This document shows, in pieces, positions 12,863 through 36,626 of a stretch of 64,000 nt of DNA. Numbering within the stretch: position 1 is the first letter of the stretch; every line of letters starts with the position of its first letter. A model generated the notes under the pieces. That model worked only from the letters and a program-made list of their open reading frames with translations, had not been told where the DNA came from and ran no database searches. The DNA lies in assembly GCF_009914755.1 (NCBI RefSeq), contig NC_060938.1. One strand, 5' to 3'. The position numbers were made by a program, and so were the translations under genes. The stretch is from the human T2T-CHM13v2.0 reference genome, Homo sapiens.

Positions 12863-15800
12863 GGGAATGGGGAACTCATGGAGTTGAGTCCATTGAGAGG
12901 ATCATCATTGAGATTGGCACTTTGGGTGTATCAATAAATGGAAATGGAATAATTATTCATCCATATGCCTTATTTCCTGTGTTGGGGTATGTGTATGTTG
13001 TTTTTTGATTGTATGTGGGGCAGCTGGTAACCTGGCTGTAGCCCTGTCCCAGTACTTCTTTGGGGTTGGTGAAGGTGCTTGTTCTCCCTGGCTGGATTTT
13101 CCCAGGCCCTCCATGTACACGTGTGTGGGCCCTGTGCTTCCCTTTCAGTAGTAGGGTATCCTGTTCAGTGTGTTGCTGTGAGCCCGTATGTGGTTGGCCC
13201 GGCTGGCGCGGGCGTGTTTAGGGTGGTGGTAATTACTGGGATGGCCCAGCCCTAATGAGTGTGATCTCGTTACACTCTCGCTGCCTCTAATGGCGCTAAC
13301 CTCATTTCACAGCCATTAGAGATGGAGATGAGGCCCCGCCCACTGGCCCTGCCAGCTGCAGCTTTTGCAGCCCTGGCCACGTTCTTTCCCTCCGGCTCGC
13401 CATTTCTCCATTCCACTTCTCCTTCTCCCACCTTTTTTTTCTGCTCCTCCTACCAGGTTTCCCTTTCCTGTCCCCCATTGTTCTTTTCCCTGGCCGTTTT
13501 TCTGCACCCCTCTCCTCTTTCATTCTCCTTTCATGTCTCCCTTCCCGCTTCTCTCTTCGATTCCGGGCTCCTCTTCTCTTCACTCATCACCCTCCCTTTT
13601 TTCTCCTCTAGTCAATTTGTCCTCCACATTGCCATTTCTCCATCCTCTTTTCCTTCCCTCTCCCCCGCCCTTCACGGCTCCAGTTCCTCCCCTCCCCCAC
13701 ATTGCCCTGTCTGGCCAAAGGACAAATCTCAAGGGGAAACCAGCAAAGACAAACAAGGAGCAGTGACTTCATTATCGTCGTTAATTTGCCACTTCAGTTC
13801 CTCCCATAAGGGTCAAAGCCAGCACTGCTTGAACTCAGGACTGACACGCAGGCCGAGACCATGGCCTGGCTTTTCAGCCCTACTTCTTACACAACCACTC
13901 GTCCGCCCTCCTCAGCTGTCTTCATTTCCCTGCGGAGGGGTCAGGCTTCCTGTTTGCTCTCCAATTTCTTAGTCCTCACAGCCTACTGCACTCCTTCCTT
14001 TCTCATTTAAATTGTGGCCATCTCTCTGTGCTCTCTCCCATCTCCAAGTCATGGGTTTTTCACCTTTGACTCCTATCTCTGTCATACTCTCTCCCAACTT
14101 CTCCCTGCCTAATCTTTCCAGAACCTCTTTCTCATCCTTCCCTGGCCTTCTCTCTAATTTCAAGTGCACTTCTTTCCCTAAAGCAGCAGGATTTATCTGT
14201 AGGTTTGTGGAAACCACATAGCCTGAAGAAGCTGGAGATGAGAAGAAAGGCATCTGTGGCCCAAGCAGACCACTGATACAGAACACAGAGATGGCTGGGG
14301 GGAAATGCAGACAACTGTGATGGAGGCAAGAGAAGCAGCAAAATCTAGACCCATGCCCATGGCCCAGGAATAAAGAAGACAGAGGCTTGAGATTAGGGAA
14401 AGAAAAGGGCATCACAAAACAAGGAATGAAAAATCTGAGGATGGAAATGGCGTTTACCCCATCAGGTCCTCGGGGAAACACAATCTAACACTCTTGGCCC
14501 ACCCTCTGCCCTCCTTCACTGAGAAGCCAAATGACTGGTAATTGACTCTTGACCTCTAGCCCAAGCCCAGCCCCAAAGGGAGAGGTCCAGGGCAGTTAGC
14601 TATGACTGGAGGAGGCACTAGGGAAATGTGCATACATGAAGTTAAATTCCTGCCTACACCCATTCTGCCCCACTGACTTTGCACATCAACGTGCTCCACA
14701 GGACCAGACTCTCCATGCATAAACTGCTCTGCAGAGAGGTCTTGCACACCCTGGAACATTCATGTCTTTCTGATTGCACAGGCCCCTGTGCATGCGACAT
14801 TCCAGTTGATGGTCCTGCTGGGAATTCCAAGGCCTGAACTTTAGCTTTGATGTAATCCTGTGTTCCTGCCAAATACAGAAAGAGGGCTCCTGTTCTCTCA
14901 TTAGACTTTGGGGTAAAAAATGCTGAGGGGTGCTGAGCATCTCAGTAGAAATTAGAAAAATATATCTTCCTCCAGGTGTATGCAGCCCCCATGCCAGTGG
15001 TACAGCTTGGTGACAGGACTGTGGGTGGACCTCAGCCCTGTCACCCCTTAACAACTGCACATGAGGACCCTGGTCTCTGGACTAGTTCCTACATGAGGAA
15101 GCCACTGAGAGCCCATGGGATTACCCTACGGGGCTGGAAGTTACTTCTAAATCTTTCACCCCTGCCTTGCCAGCCTGGGGAGGAGGGATGGGCAGGCAGT
15201 TCCCTAGGACTTTCCCCAGAGAGGCAAGGGGCTCTGGGAAAGTGGGTGGTGGGATGACCGAGCTTAGTGTGAGGAGCTCGAGAAGAAAGATGGAAAAATC
15301 AATGAAATGAGTTTCTAACGGTGAGGTAAAGGACCACTGTGTCGACAGCCTGTCGCTTGCTGCAAAATATGAGCTGCCCAACTCCGTGGCGGTGGCTGAC
15401 AGTGCAACAGCCACCACTGTCCTTCCTTCAGGCCCCCCGCCCACCAGCCCCTTCTTTAGCTGCCCTGGCCTTGCTTATTATAGCCAGACTGTCCTCCAGC
15501 ACTCCCAGCTCTCTCCCCTGTCTTCTTTTGTAGATTTCTCAACCCATTCAGGGGCTTTTTGGCCCTTCACCTCGTGATTCCTGATTGGGTGCATGTTTGT
15601 TTTCTATAGCTTCTGTGTATTTAGACCTCCTCTTTCTGCAGATTTTGCTCTGAGAGTTGTGGTGAGTTTTACATCTCTTGCCTCCCCCTCTTCTAGATAC
15701 CTCTGGAGTCTTTCAACAATGGAGAGTCAGATGTCAAGGCCATCCCTCACAGGGTTCTTTACATCAAGATCTGGGCAGCAGTAACTTCTCCCTCCTTTGG

Positions 15801-18800
15801 CCTTTTGGCCCACATGGCCAATGCTGCCTTCGTTGTATTAATAATTACCTGGCTTGGGATAGGTGTTTAGAATGGGTCTGGTATTGATTTATGAACTCCT
15901 TATTTGCGGCCATTGTATATATACGGTTATGACCAATTCAATTGTAGTTTCATGATTGGGAATGGGGTGGGGATGCTACTTTTAATTCACATTTGCCAAC
16001 TCTCTCTTTGGAAACAACTCTCAACCTTTTCTGGAAACCGCCTCCTTTCTCTTCCCTCCTCCACATCTTCCTCTTGGGCTCCTAGGGCTGTTCATTCATG
16101 TTTTCCTCCAATTATCACTACAAAGACTCTGCACATGAGCCCTGAGAGTTCCCCTGGCTGCCTCCAAGTGTGACCCTAACCCAGTCTCTCCTGTCTGCCT
16201 CAGATCTCACTGTCACTGGTTAACTACCCTCCAGCCATTCCCTCCGGTTTCTGATTTCCCAGTTTGCCCATTAATGTAGACTTAGGTGGGGGGAGTGGGT
16301 GAAAATTAGGTGGGCAACTCTTTCCCCCAGCCTCTCCCTACTAATTCAACGTTTGATCAGTAGATATTTATTAAGCCTTTTCTGTGTGACAGACACTGTG
16401 CTAGGTGCTGGAAAACAATTGGAAACTAGACAGATGTAGCCACTCCTCAGATGACCATGTGACTAACCCTGAGTCTCTCACCAGACAGCTAAGTCTCTCA
16501 GACTAGGGGACTCTGTCCCATTTCCCCCCTTTCTGTACAGCCAAATTCCACTGTGCCCTCTGGCATTTCACAACCCTTCCCTTTTCTCAATCCCTGAATG
16601 AGTTTACACTCACACAGCCCCGATCCCTTCTCTCTGCATTCTAGCTTTAGTCTCCATTCCTAAACCCAAAGCCATTACACTTTCAACAACTCTCCTCCCC
16701 ACTCACAAAGCCCTTCTCCTTTCACATTCTGTAACTGCCATTTCTAGTCCTCCTCTTCCGTCTCTGCCTGCCTTTTGATCCAACCATCCTGACCTCAATG
16801 CCCTGTCTTAGGTTCCTTCCTCTTGCTACTGTCAGGCTCTAGCAAACCTCAGGTGCTCACAAACAGGAGTTATTTGTGACAACTGTTGTTCTGAGCTGGG
16901 AAGAGCTCCAGGGAGGCAAGGTCAAGCTACCAGAGTCAGAAATCCTACCAATTCGACCCAGGCCCTGGCCCGTAGGTGATACAGCACCCCGGCAAAGCAG
17001 CAAGTGATTCCTGTATGGGTCTCAAGGTAACACCAGCTGCCTCTGACATCATGGAGGGAGGAACCCTGTCAGGTTGCCAAGGCAATACCAGCAATTTATG
17101 ACATCAGAGGCTTGAGGTCTTTGGTTCTCAGGGGCTGGGAAGATTCAAGTTCCTCTCAGCTGAAGTTTATGGGAATTCTACTTTTTCATCTCTTTGCTTG
17201 TGTTCTGGCTTGGGAATGAAATACAAAGGCCTTTCGTGGGGGTAGTGAGTGATTAGGCCAATGAAATGAATGCTCGTGAGGTTCTCTCTCTCTCTGTCTC
17301 TTCCCTGGATATTTCTGCTTTCTCTCCCTCTCTTGGGCATTTCTCTCTTCTGGGGCTTCGCCCAGTGGTATTCCTGCTATTTGTGCTATGCTTTTTTTCC
17401 AACCCCCCGGCGCCCCCGCAGTGCTCTCGCTCTCTTTGCATCAGTCACGCTGTGTCCTCCTCACACCAGAGGCATTTGTTTCCTTTGATACCTCATCCTC
17501 TCCTCTTTTCCTCCTACCAAGCTCTGTGCAGCTCTGATCTGCCTCAGCACTCCTTCGTTTGCCATCCATTTACCTTCTTTGTACCATACTCTCTTCCCAT
17601 CTCATCTTGTTCAGCAATTCCTCCCTTCCCCCTCTTTACTACTGTATTAATTTCATAGTGCTTTTTCTGTTGACCTCCACTTTAGGAATATTCTATCATT
17701 TCTCTTCCTTTTACCTTCTGTATTGCTATCAACACGTTTTGTTTCATTCTTCCAATTTCTTATTAATCACCCCTTGGTTCCTCCCCTGCCCCCGAGTCCG
17801 CATAGATTTTCCTCCCTTCCTTTGCACATCCCTCACGTCATACATTTCTCTACCCCATGTGTTTATTGCACCGACCACCCCTTTCTTTCTTTAATTCTGT
17901 TCACCTCTGAAATCGTCCATCTTCTGCCCATGTCTGCCTGCTCCTTTTACCTTTCCAAGCTCCTGAGGTTTGGAAAAACAATGATGGGCTAAAAACTAAG
18001 GTAAACTCTCCAGATCCTTTATCCACCCTTACTGTTCTTCAGGCTAAATGAACTTGGCTCCTTACATACGATAGCTTTTATTACACTAATAAACACTGCC
18101 TCATTAAAAAAAAATGGTGCTGGATCTAAATATGATAGTAGCAGGGGCCTAGGAAGAAGATGAACTAAAAAGTGAAGAAAAAGCAACTGATATCTAGAAT
18201 GAACTGAAGGATGGGGGGCAACCAGGCAGGGTGGAGCTTAGAGTCCTAGGGAATGTCCCCTTACAAAATCAAAGTTGACAGTTAACTGACATAATGGCAC
18301 TGACTGATGGAGGGGTTATATGCCCCTGGAAGCTCATTAAATTTATTTCTTGGCCTGTTTATGTGCCTTCACAAACCATACCCCACACCTCTCCCAGCCC
18401 TTTGCTTGCTGGTACTTTCTGCTGCTGGGGTTAAAATGCTGGATAAGAGGAAAAGGGATAAAAGAAACTAGAAACTTAGGGTGATCAAGAAGAAAAGGTA
18501 GGAAGAGGGCAGATTATGGGAACAAAGGTGGAAACTCAGAGCTCATGGGAAACAGATGGAAAAAAGGGGTGAAGCAAAATGGGGAAATAAAAAATATACA
18601 ATGATACAGTGGGGGAAGGGAGTAAAATTAAGTCAGCAGGGAAGAGGTTTTGTTGTGCGAAGCTCCTGGAAAGGCAGATGACACGCATGAGACCAGAAGG
18701 TGAGGTTCTGATGAGGGAGACAGGCACATGGCAAAGGGGACAGTCAACAATGCTAGGAAGTTCCAAAGCTTCTCTGGTGATGGTGGAAGAGGAGGCTGTC

Positions 18801-19904
18801 CTGGCCATGCTGAAGGCACTAGAGGCTTTGGCGAAGACACATTTGCTCCATCATCCCACTCCTCCAGGCCCTGACTGTGACCACCACAATCATGACTGAT
18901 AAGCAAATTCCAAAGTAGCCTGAAAAGGCCAGAGATATCCAGACAGACTCTGAAGGAGAGGGCATGGAATCCTAGACCGACAGAACAGGCAGCCAAGGCG
19001 TGACACATAGTGATAGAGACACACAAGGAGAGGATCACTCAGATGGGAAGGGTCACAAGTGGAGACAGTGACATACAGATCCAGAGATGGATGGGATGGA
19101 AGAGACAAGATGAAGAACAGCAAAACCAAAAGTCAGGGACACATGGACAGAGATCAGCGGGGCTACAGGCACAGCGAGGAAGCGTGGTCCTGTGCTTGAA
19201 AATGATAGGGCTGCTCAGAGGGGCAGACGAGCGGATGGGGGTGGTAGGATGGGCGTGCAGGACAGACACGCTTCACCTTGAATGGGCTTATGGCCTCCCC
19301 TCACCTACTCAACACTTTCAAAAAAAGGAATGGAAAGCCCAACTTCAGCCAAAAACGAACGAAGACTGAGAGTATCCACGTCCCCTCCCACTCCACGCCC
19401 CAGCGCGCTAGCCCATCCATCAGCCCGCCGGCCGCGGTTCTCCCATCCCACAGCCGGCGGGGGGCCGCCGAGACCCAGGCCCCTCCAGGCTGACAGCTCT
19501 GAGCCCTCACACTCACCGGGCCTCCCCTTCCCCCCGGGATCCCCGCTCCCTGCCCAACTCGGCGCGGTCCGTCTAGGCTTTCCATACCCTTCGTCTGTCC
19601 GGCGGGCCTCTGCCTTTCCCGTTCCCGTTTCTCCCTCCACCCCCGCATCTCTCTTCCCCCATCCTCGCGCACGCCCTCTTCCTCCCACACCCCTGTCTGC
19701 TATCTCCCAGGGCTCTCGGTCTGTCTGTCCGTCCGTCCTTGTCCCCTCCCCCAGCCCCTTCCCGTCCCTCTCCGTCCCCTCCAGCGGCAGTCTCCAAGCG
19801 CCTCCTCTCCCGTCTCGAGCTTCCAAAGAGCAAGGAAGGGAAGAAGAGAGAGAGGGAGAGGAGAAAAAAACCAACCCAGCAGCATCGGAAATCGATGCAC
19901 TTAC

Positions 19905-20300
19905 ACCTCAGCTGGAAGCAGGGACGGGAGTCGAACCGCGGCCACCGAGCAGCGCGAGGCGGGGAGGGGAGGGGGCGGCTCTTGGAAGGGACTTCTCCGA
20001 TGTGTTGATTCCTCTTTTTTCCCCTCCTCCTCCCTCCCTCCAGCGCTCGCTCCGGGGCGTCAGGGACGGAGACGGAAAAAATAAATAAATAAATTCACGG
20101 CGGTGAGGGAAGTGAAGGAAAATAATCAATGCTATTTGGCTGCGGCTGAAGTGTTTCCCCGGCTTCGTGAGGGGGTTTCCATTGATTCACCCTGGGCACT
20201 CGCTCGCTCCCTGCCTCCTCCTCCTCCTCCTCCTTCTCCTCCTCGCCCTCCTCCTCCTCCTCCTCCTCGCCCTCACTCCTCCGCCTCATTCACTGGCTGG
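19905..20300 (-). other. ZFHX2: Probable non-coding first exon of ZFHX2
   Basis: Donor GAGGT|gtaagt at 19905/19904 inside a CpG island about 16 kb upstream of exon 2. The 5' boundary is approximate. A second strong donor, CCG|gtgagt, lies at 19517. Confidence 0.65.
20215..20281. repeat. Interrupted (CCT)n/(GGA)n trinucleotide tract
   Basis: cctcctcctcctcctcctccttctcctcctcgccctcctcctcctcctcctcctcg seen directly. Confidence 0.9.
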
Positions 20301-20849
20301 AGTCTAGGCGTCCCACACAATGGAATAATCAATACCCAGGCGCCCGGGGCTGCCCCACTGAGCAGGTGCAGCGACCCGCCCGCCGCGGCGCATGCCGGGA
20401 GTTGTAGTCTGTTCGCGCCCGCCCGCCTGCCTCGCGGGACCCAGGGCCGGGGGCAGGCCGGCCAGCCCACCAGGTCGCCTCCAGGTTCAAGCCGGTGCCT
20501 GCAAAGAGGGCAGGCCCCTTTAAACTCTTTTCCGTCTCCTCTCCTCTTCATCCTGTGGCCTGCAGAAACCATACATGTGTTTTGTTGTTTTGTTTTAAAT
20601 CAGCTTCAGAACAAGCCCTGAGCCGCCCAAGGCCTCCTTTTTTCATTCTCTTCTTCCTGCCTTATTATTCCGCCTCCCCCATCTCCCCCCGCGAAATTGG
20701 GTACTAGAACCTTCTCTACCGCAGCAATTACTCTTTAGTCTCTGAGAGCTTCTGCCTCCTCCACACGGTTACATAGTCCCCTGAGCTGGGTTGGGGGAGG
20801 TTCGGGCTCCTCCTCATCTTCAGTTTATCGCTTATTAAGTGCTCCTGAA

Positions 20850-21487
<638 letters not shown>

Positions 21488-21829
21488 TAAGATTTCTTGA
21501 ATGCACAGGGACAGTTCCAAGCACTTTTACATATATTGTTTACTCCTCTCAATACCTCAAGCATGAGGTAGATGCTATTATAGTCTCATTTATTGAGGAA
21601 ACTAAGGCACAAACAAGTGAATTAACAGGCCCAAGGTCCAATGGCCAATAAGTAAGTGACAGTGCCAGGACTCAAAAACCTCCATGGTCTGGCTCCAGGG
21701 CCCATACTAACTGCTATAGCCTACTTCTCTTAAACAACACAACAAAACCCTGAAGTTCACATGACAAAAAGGAGAGATAAATGAACATTTTGAGTTTATA
21801 CTATGTGACAGTTTATGACTGAATCCTCA

Positions 21830-22625
<796 letters not shown>

Positions 22626-22936
22626 GCAGATGCTTAGGAAAGTGGAGTAGCTTGCGGAAGGCCAAACATCTAGAAAGTGAAGCTGGGAGTCGACCTCAGG
22701 TCTGGCTCCGGAAACTGGTCTTTCTGTTCAAATAAGCTGCTGCTTTTGCCCCACTGGATTGGATCTTATAACATAAGGAAAAATTAGGTCTTCATCCCAG
22801 GTTAACAAAACCGGAAAGCAAAAGATGGATGAAAAGCAGGCTTTAGGAGCTGGGGTTTCTTCTCTCCCTAACCAACAGTGCTTAACATGGAGTGGGGACA
22901 GAGGTTGACCCAAGCTACTCCAAGTTCAAGATGCCA

Positions 22937-23283
<347 letters not shown>

Positions 23284-23442
23284 TAATACCTCTCACTGGT
23301 CATGTATTTCCAGAAACATACTGGTGAGAGGGCAGGTGTTGAGAACATGGCACTTCTCACCCATCATAGGAAGGAATCCAGGAGTTAAGAGCCACGGTTC
23401 CTCAGGGAGCTTCCTCACATGGAAGGTCAGACATATAGTTAG

Positions 23443-23867
<425 letters not shown>

Positions 23868-24209
23868 TAAATGAACATAAGTAGTTCTACACCTGACAAA
23901 AACTGCTTAGGGACCGCTGGAAACTCTGACAAACTCCTCAGTCTAGCACTCAAGGCTTTTCCCTCAACTGCATTTCTAGCCTCGTCTTCTCCTTACGTAC
24001 CACCCAGGTGCTCTCCAGTTTCTGGGCCTTTGCTTAGGCTATTCCTGTCTCCATCTAGGTCTCCAACTGTTGAAATACCATCATATCTTTAGTTCCTGGC
24101 CAAAATACCACTTTATTCTCTGACAGAAAGTTTCTCACCCACTCTTACCCTCAACGTTCATGCCAGGAGGTATTAGATCCCCTCTAAAACTCCAGAGTAG
24201 CTAAACTGG

Positions 24210-25050
24210 ACTTTATTACGCGCTGCCCCCGCCCCCTTCCCTCCCCCCACCCCAACCCCCCTCGCCACCATTGCCACTGGCCTGCGCTTAGCTGGCTGCT
24301 ATAGCAGATATCTGTTGGACGGTGTGAATGGCTTGTATTCCAGGCCCATCTGCCTGCGTTGGGGGTGCGGCGGGGGGTGTTGGAGACGGGACTGGGGCTT
24401 GAGCTCCTTGCACCCGACTCTCCCCGCCGCCTTGTAGCCCCAGTTCAGCTTTAGGTAGAGTACCGCAGGCACCAAGTGCAGCTTTCCTGTCGCCATAGCG
24501 ACGGGCGGGGCGAGATGGCAAAGTCTCCCTTTGGAACTACATCTCCCATCATGCATCCGCGCCTCGGGGTGCCTGGCTCAGCCTCAGGCATGAGACCTGT
24601 ACCAGCCCCCGGGAGCCGTGCGGGGCCAACAATGAGGAGCAGAATGCAAGGGGCGGCCTCGCTCCCCTGGCCACCGCGGGGGTCGCGGCTTCCCATTACA
24701 TAGCGCGTGTCTCGAGCCCTGGCCTGCTCTCGGCACCGCCACAACGGGCGTAATATGGCCGCTGGTGCCGGGACCTGCCGGGCGCGCGGAGGGTCGGGCC
24801 GAGGTCCGGGATCCGGAACTGCTCCCGGCATTCCTCGCGAGTGTATGGCGTGGGCTCCCTTCCCCCTCTGTGGGTCCCGCGAGGAGACTCTCGGGCTTTG
24901 AGGTGAGACCTGAAGTTCCGCTGGCCGGTAGTGTAGCAGGAAAGGGCAGGTCCTCCCGGGTCGTGAGCCAGTAGCCTCCTGGGGTGGCAAGGTGTAGAGA
25001 GGGGGGCGTTGAAAGGACACCCGCTACCCGGCCTGCTTTCTAGGGGTCTC
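24210..25050. promoter_or_regulatory. CpG island / THTPA promoter with ZNF143 and RFX X-box motifs
   Basis: CpG-rich region. ACTACATCTCCCATCATGCA at 24536-24555 fits the ZNF143/SBS extended motif. GTCGCCATAGCGAC at 24489-24502 is X-box-like. A 5'UTR donor GAG|gtgaga lies at 24902. Confidence 0.75.
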
Positions 25051-25316
25051 TTTGGATTGAGGACATCAGCAGCAGTGGAAGGGATTTTACTGGAGACCTG
25101 TCACTGTCAGAGCCTTAAAATATCACCGACGGGGCCTTAATGTCACCGAGGTAGAGAGAAAAGGGCAGTAGCCCTAGAGACTATTGCGACACAGTGTGCC
25201 CCTCATAAGTTTTTCCAGGGAGGGGTTCTGTACTGAGTTGACGCCCCAGGAGCTGAGCACCAGGCTTTGCATCCTTGGGAACTCAGCAAACGTTTGTTCA
25301 GCCAATTGCAGGTAGC

Positions 25317-27399
<2,083 letters not shown>

Positions 27400-28147
27400 G
27401 GGTGTCACTTCCTAGAAGGGGAAGGGAACTCTGGGTCTAACGGAGTCCACTCCTGGGCCCACTGTGCCTCTCCCCTCAGTGTCCCTTCTGACAGTGACTC
27501 CTCTCTCTCCAGCGCTGCCTGTTTCTTCCCCCTCCTCTAAGCTACTCTTCCTTGAGCCCTCCCTGGCTGCTTCCTCTCGCTCATCCGTCAGATGCAATCT
27601 GTGGGCCGCCCCTCTCCCCTGGCCGCTAAGCAGCCTCCATTGATTTCCGCTCGTGTTTATAGGATTTCCACTTAGCCGTGATCAGTAGTTAAGCACAGGA
27701 AAATCCCTTGCCACCCCCCCTCCCTTGGTCGATGCCATTGATTCTGCCAGCGGCTCCTAAACCGCCTTACAGCTGAGTTAGAAGATGAGGAGAGGCAGCA
27801 GGGATTTCCCTGCCTTGGGATGTGGGAAACAGAAGAAAAGTTGAGGAAATGGTTGGGAATCGCTGTTAGAACTCTAGAAATTCTAATCTGACTTTGCCAC
27901 TGTGCCCAGCTCTGGCCCAGAGGGTAGAGTGCCTCCTGTGGAAGTTTAGGGGCAAATTTGTTCCCTGACCTGGAGAGGGTTAGAAAGAACCAACAGCTGC
28001 CCCCTCCCCGCCCCCGTGTTGAGACAGGTTCTCAAGGCTCAGGGGAAGATGCATACCTCCTATGTAAGAATGCTCTTCCCTTGCTGTTATTCATACACAC
28101 TTTCCACTTCAAATATACCCAAATATGGCTTTCCTCACTTCTCAGGC

Positions 28148-28163
28148 TTTATTGGGCTTTATT
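28148..28163 (-). terminator. Tandem AATAAA polyadenylation signals of AP1G2
   Basis: tttatt at 28148-28153 and 28158-28163, about 150 nt past the AP1G2 stop. Confidence 0.8.
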
Positions 28164-28210
28164 TGTGGGAGAAGGGGGCTGGTCCCCAGTTTTTGCAGTG
28201 CAAAGCCAGA

Positions 28211-28225
28211 GCGCCACCTGCTGGT
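28211..28225 (-). promoter_or_regulatory. CTCF consensus site in the AP1G2 3'UTR
   Basis: Reverse complement ACCAGCAGGTGGCGC matches the CTCF core. Confidence 0.65.
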
Positions 28226-28307
28226 AGCCCTCAGGTGTAGGTTCGAAGCTGCTGGGGCCCCCTGGGGTTTGGGACACAGGAGAATTTCAGGCTGTGAGTG
28301 GAGACAG

Positions 28308-35866
<7,559 letters not shown>

Positions 35867-35899
35867 CCTGACTGGCAGAGTCCGGGAGTGGAGAAACAC

Positions 35900-36600
35900 T
35901 CTCTGGTCGGGCGTGCCTGGGCTTTCGGCCCAGGCCCGTCCTGTGTCAAGACCCTAAGAGCCCGGGTCCCACAGGTACCCTAAAATTGCGCCCGCATTTT
36001 ACCTTTCCCGAAGTGGGTCTCCAAATTCCGCGCCCACCCCACCGCCCGAGAAGCCCACTACGCATGCGTCCGCACCCCACCGGCGCCCCTTCCTATTGAG
36101 CATGCGCGGGAGCCCCACCTATTTCTCTCTACCGTTTCCTCCCCCTACCTGGTACCCCATCCCTAGCTCAGCCATTGCTTTTTTTTCCACGACCCTCCGC
36201 TGTTTCTTCCGCGAGCTTCCTCCCCCGATTTCCATCTCAGGCAGCGGCAGCGGCAGCGACAGCGGCAGCGGCAGCGACAGCCTGCCTACCCCAGGACTCC
36301 AGCCTCACCTGGCTTCTGCCTCAACTCCGCTCCTCTGCCCCCCAGCGCTTCCTGGTACGGGGCCGAGCAGGGGTTGGTGCTCCGTGCGGTCCTTCCCTCT
36401 CCCCGCCTCCACCACGGGACCCCGCCCTCCTGGGCCGACTGCAGAGCCTTCCTGAATCCTCTGACCTCGGGCCTCAGGCTTTAGCGGAGAGACAGCATGA
36501 TAGGCCTGGAGTTCTTCAAGAGGCCTCCTCGCACATCCTTACCACCCGGAGAGCCTCAGTTTGGATTTGAAGCCATCGCACCCCAAAGGAGATGACAATC
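35900..36600 (-). promoter_or_regulatory. AP1G2 CpG-island promoter with alternative non-coding first-exon donors
   Basis: CpG-rich. NRF1-like palindrome ACGCATGCGT at 36060-36069. Donors AAG|gtaaaa (36003) and CAG|gtgagg (36309); exon 2 acceptor at 35871. Confidence 0.7.
36240..36281. repeat. (GGCAGC)7 hexamer repeat with two GACAGC variants
   Basis: ggcagc x3, gacagc, ggcagc x2, gacagc. Confidence 0.9.
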
Positions 36601-36620
36601 CCCCCCCTTTTTTGAACTTT

Positions 36621-36626
36621 TTTATT
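36621..36626 (-). terminator. JPH4 AATAAA polyadenylation signal
   Basis: tttatt on the plus strand at the end of a roughly 1.6-kb 3'UTR, in an AT-rich context. Confidence 0.75.

Larger units (their letters stand above)
19380..20700. promoter_or_regulatory. CpG island / ZFHX2 promoter region
   Basis: High GC and CpG density surrounding the putative first exon and a (CCT)n tract. Confidence 0.75.

Noticed and set aside
15392-15416. Hairpin ggtggctg-acagtgcaa-cagccacc with CAGTGC in the loop (IRE-like)
   Set aside because: Lacks the 5-bp upper stem and C bulge, and is not in an evident mRNA UTR.
19282-20621. Plus-strand ORFs of 268 and 172 aa at the ZFHX2 promoter
   Set aside because: CpG-island, low-complexity Pro/Ser translations with no family resemblance.
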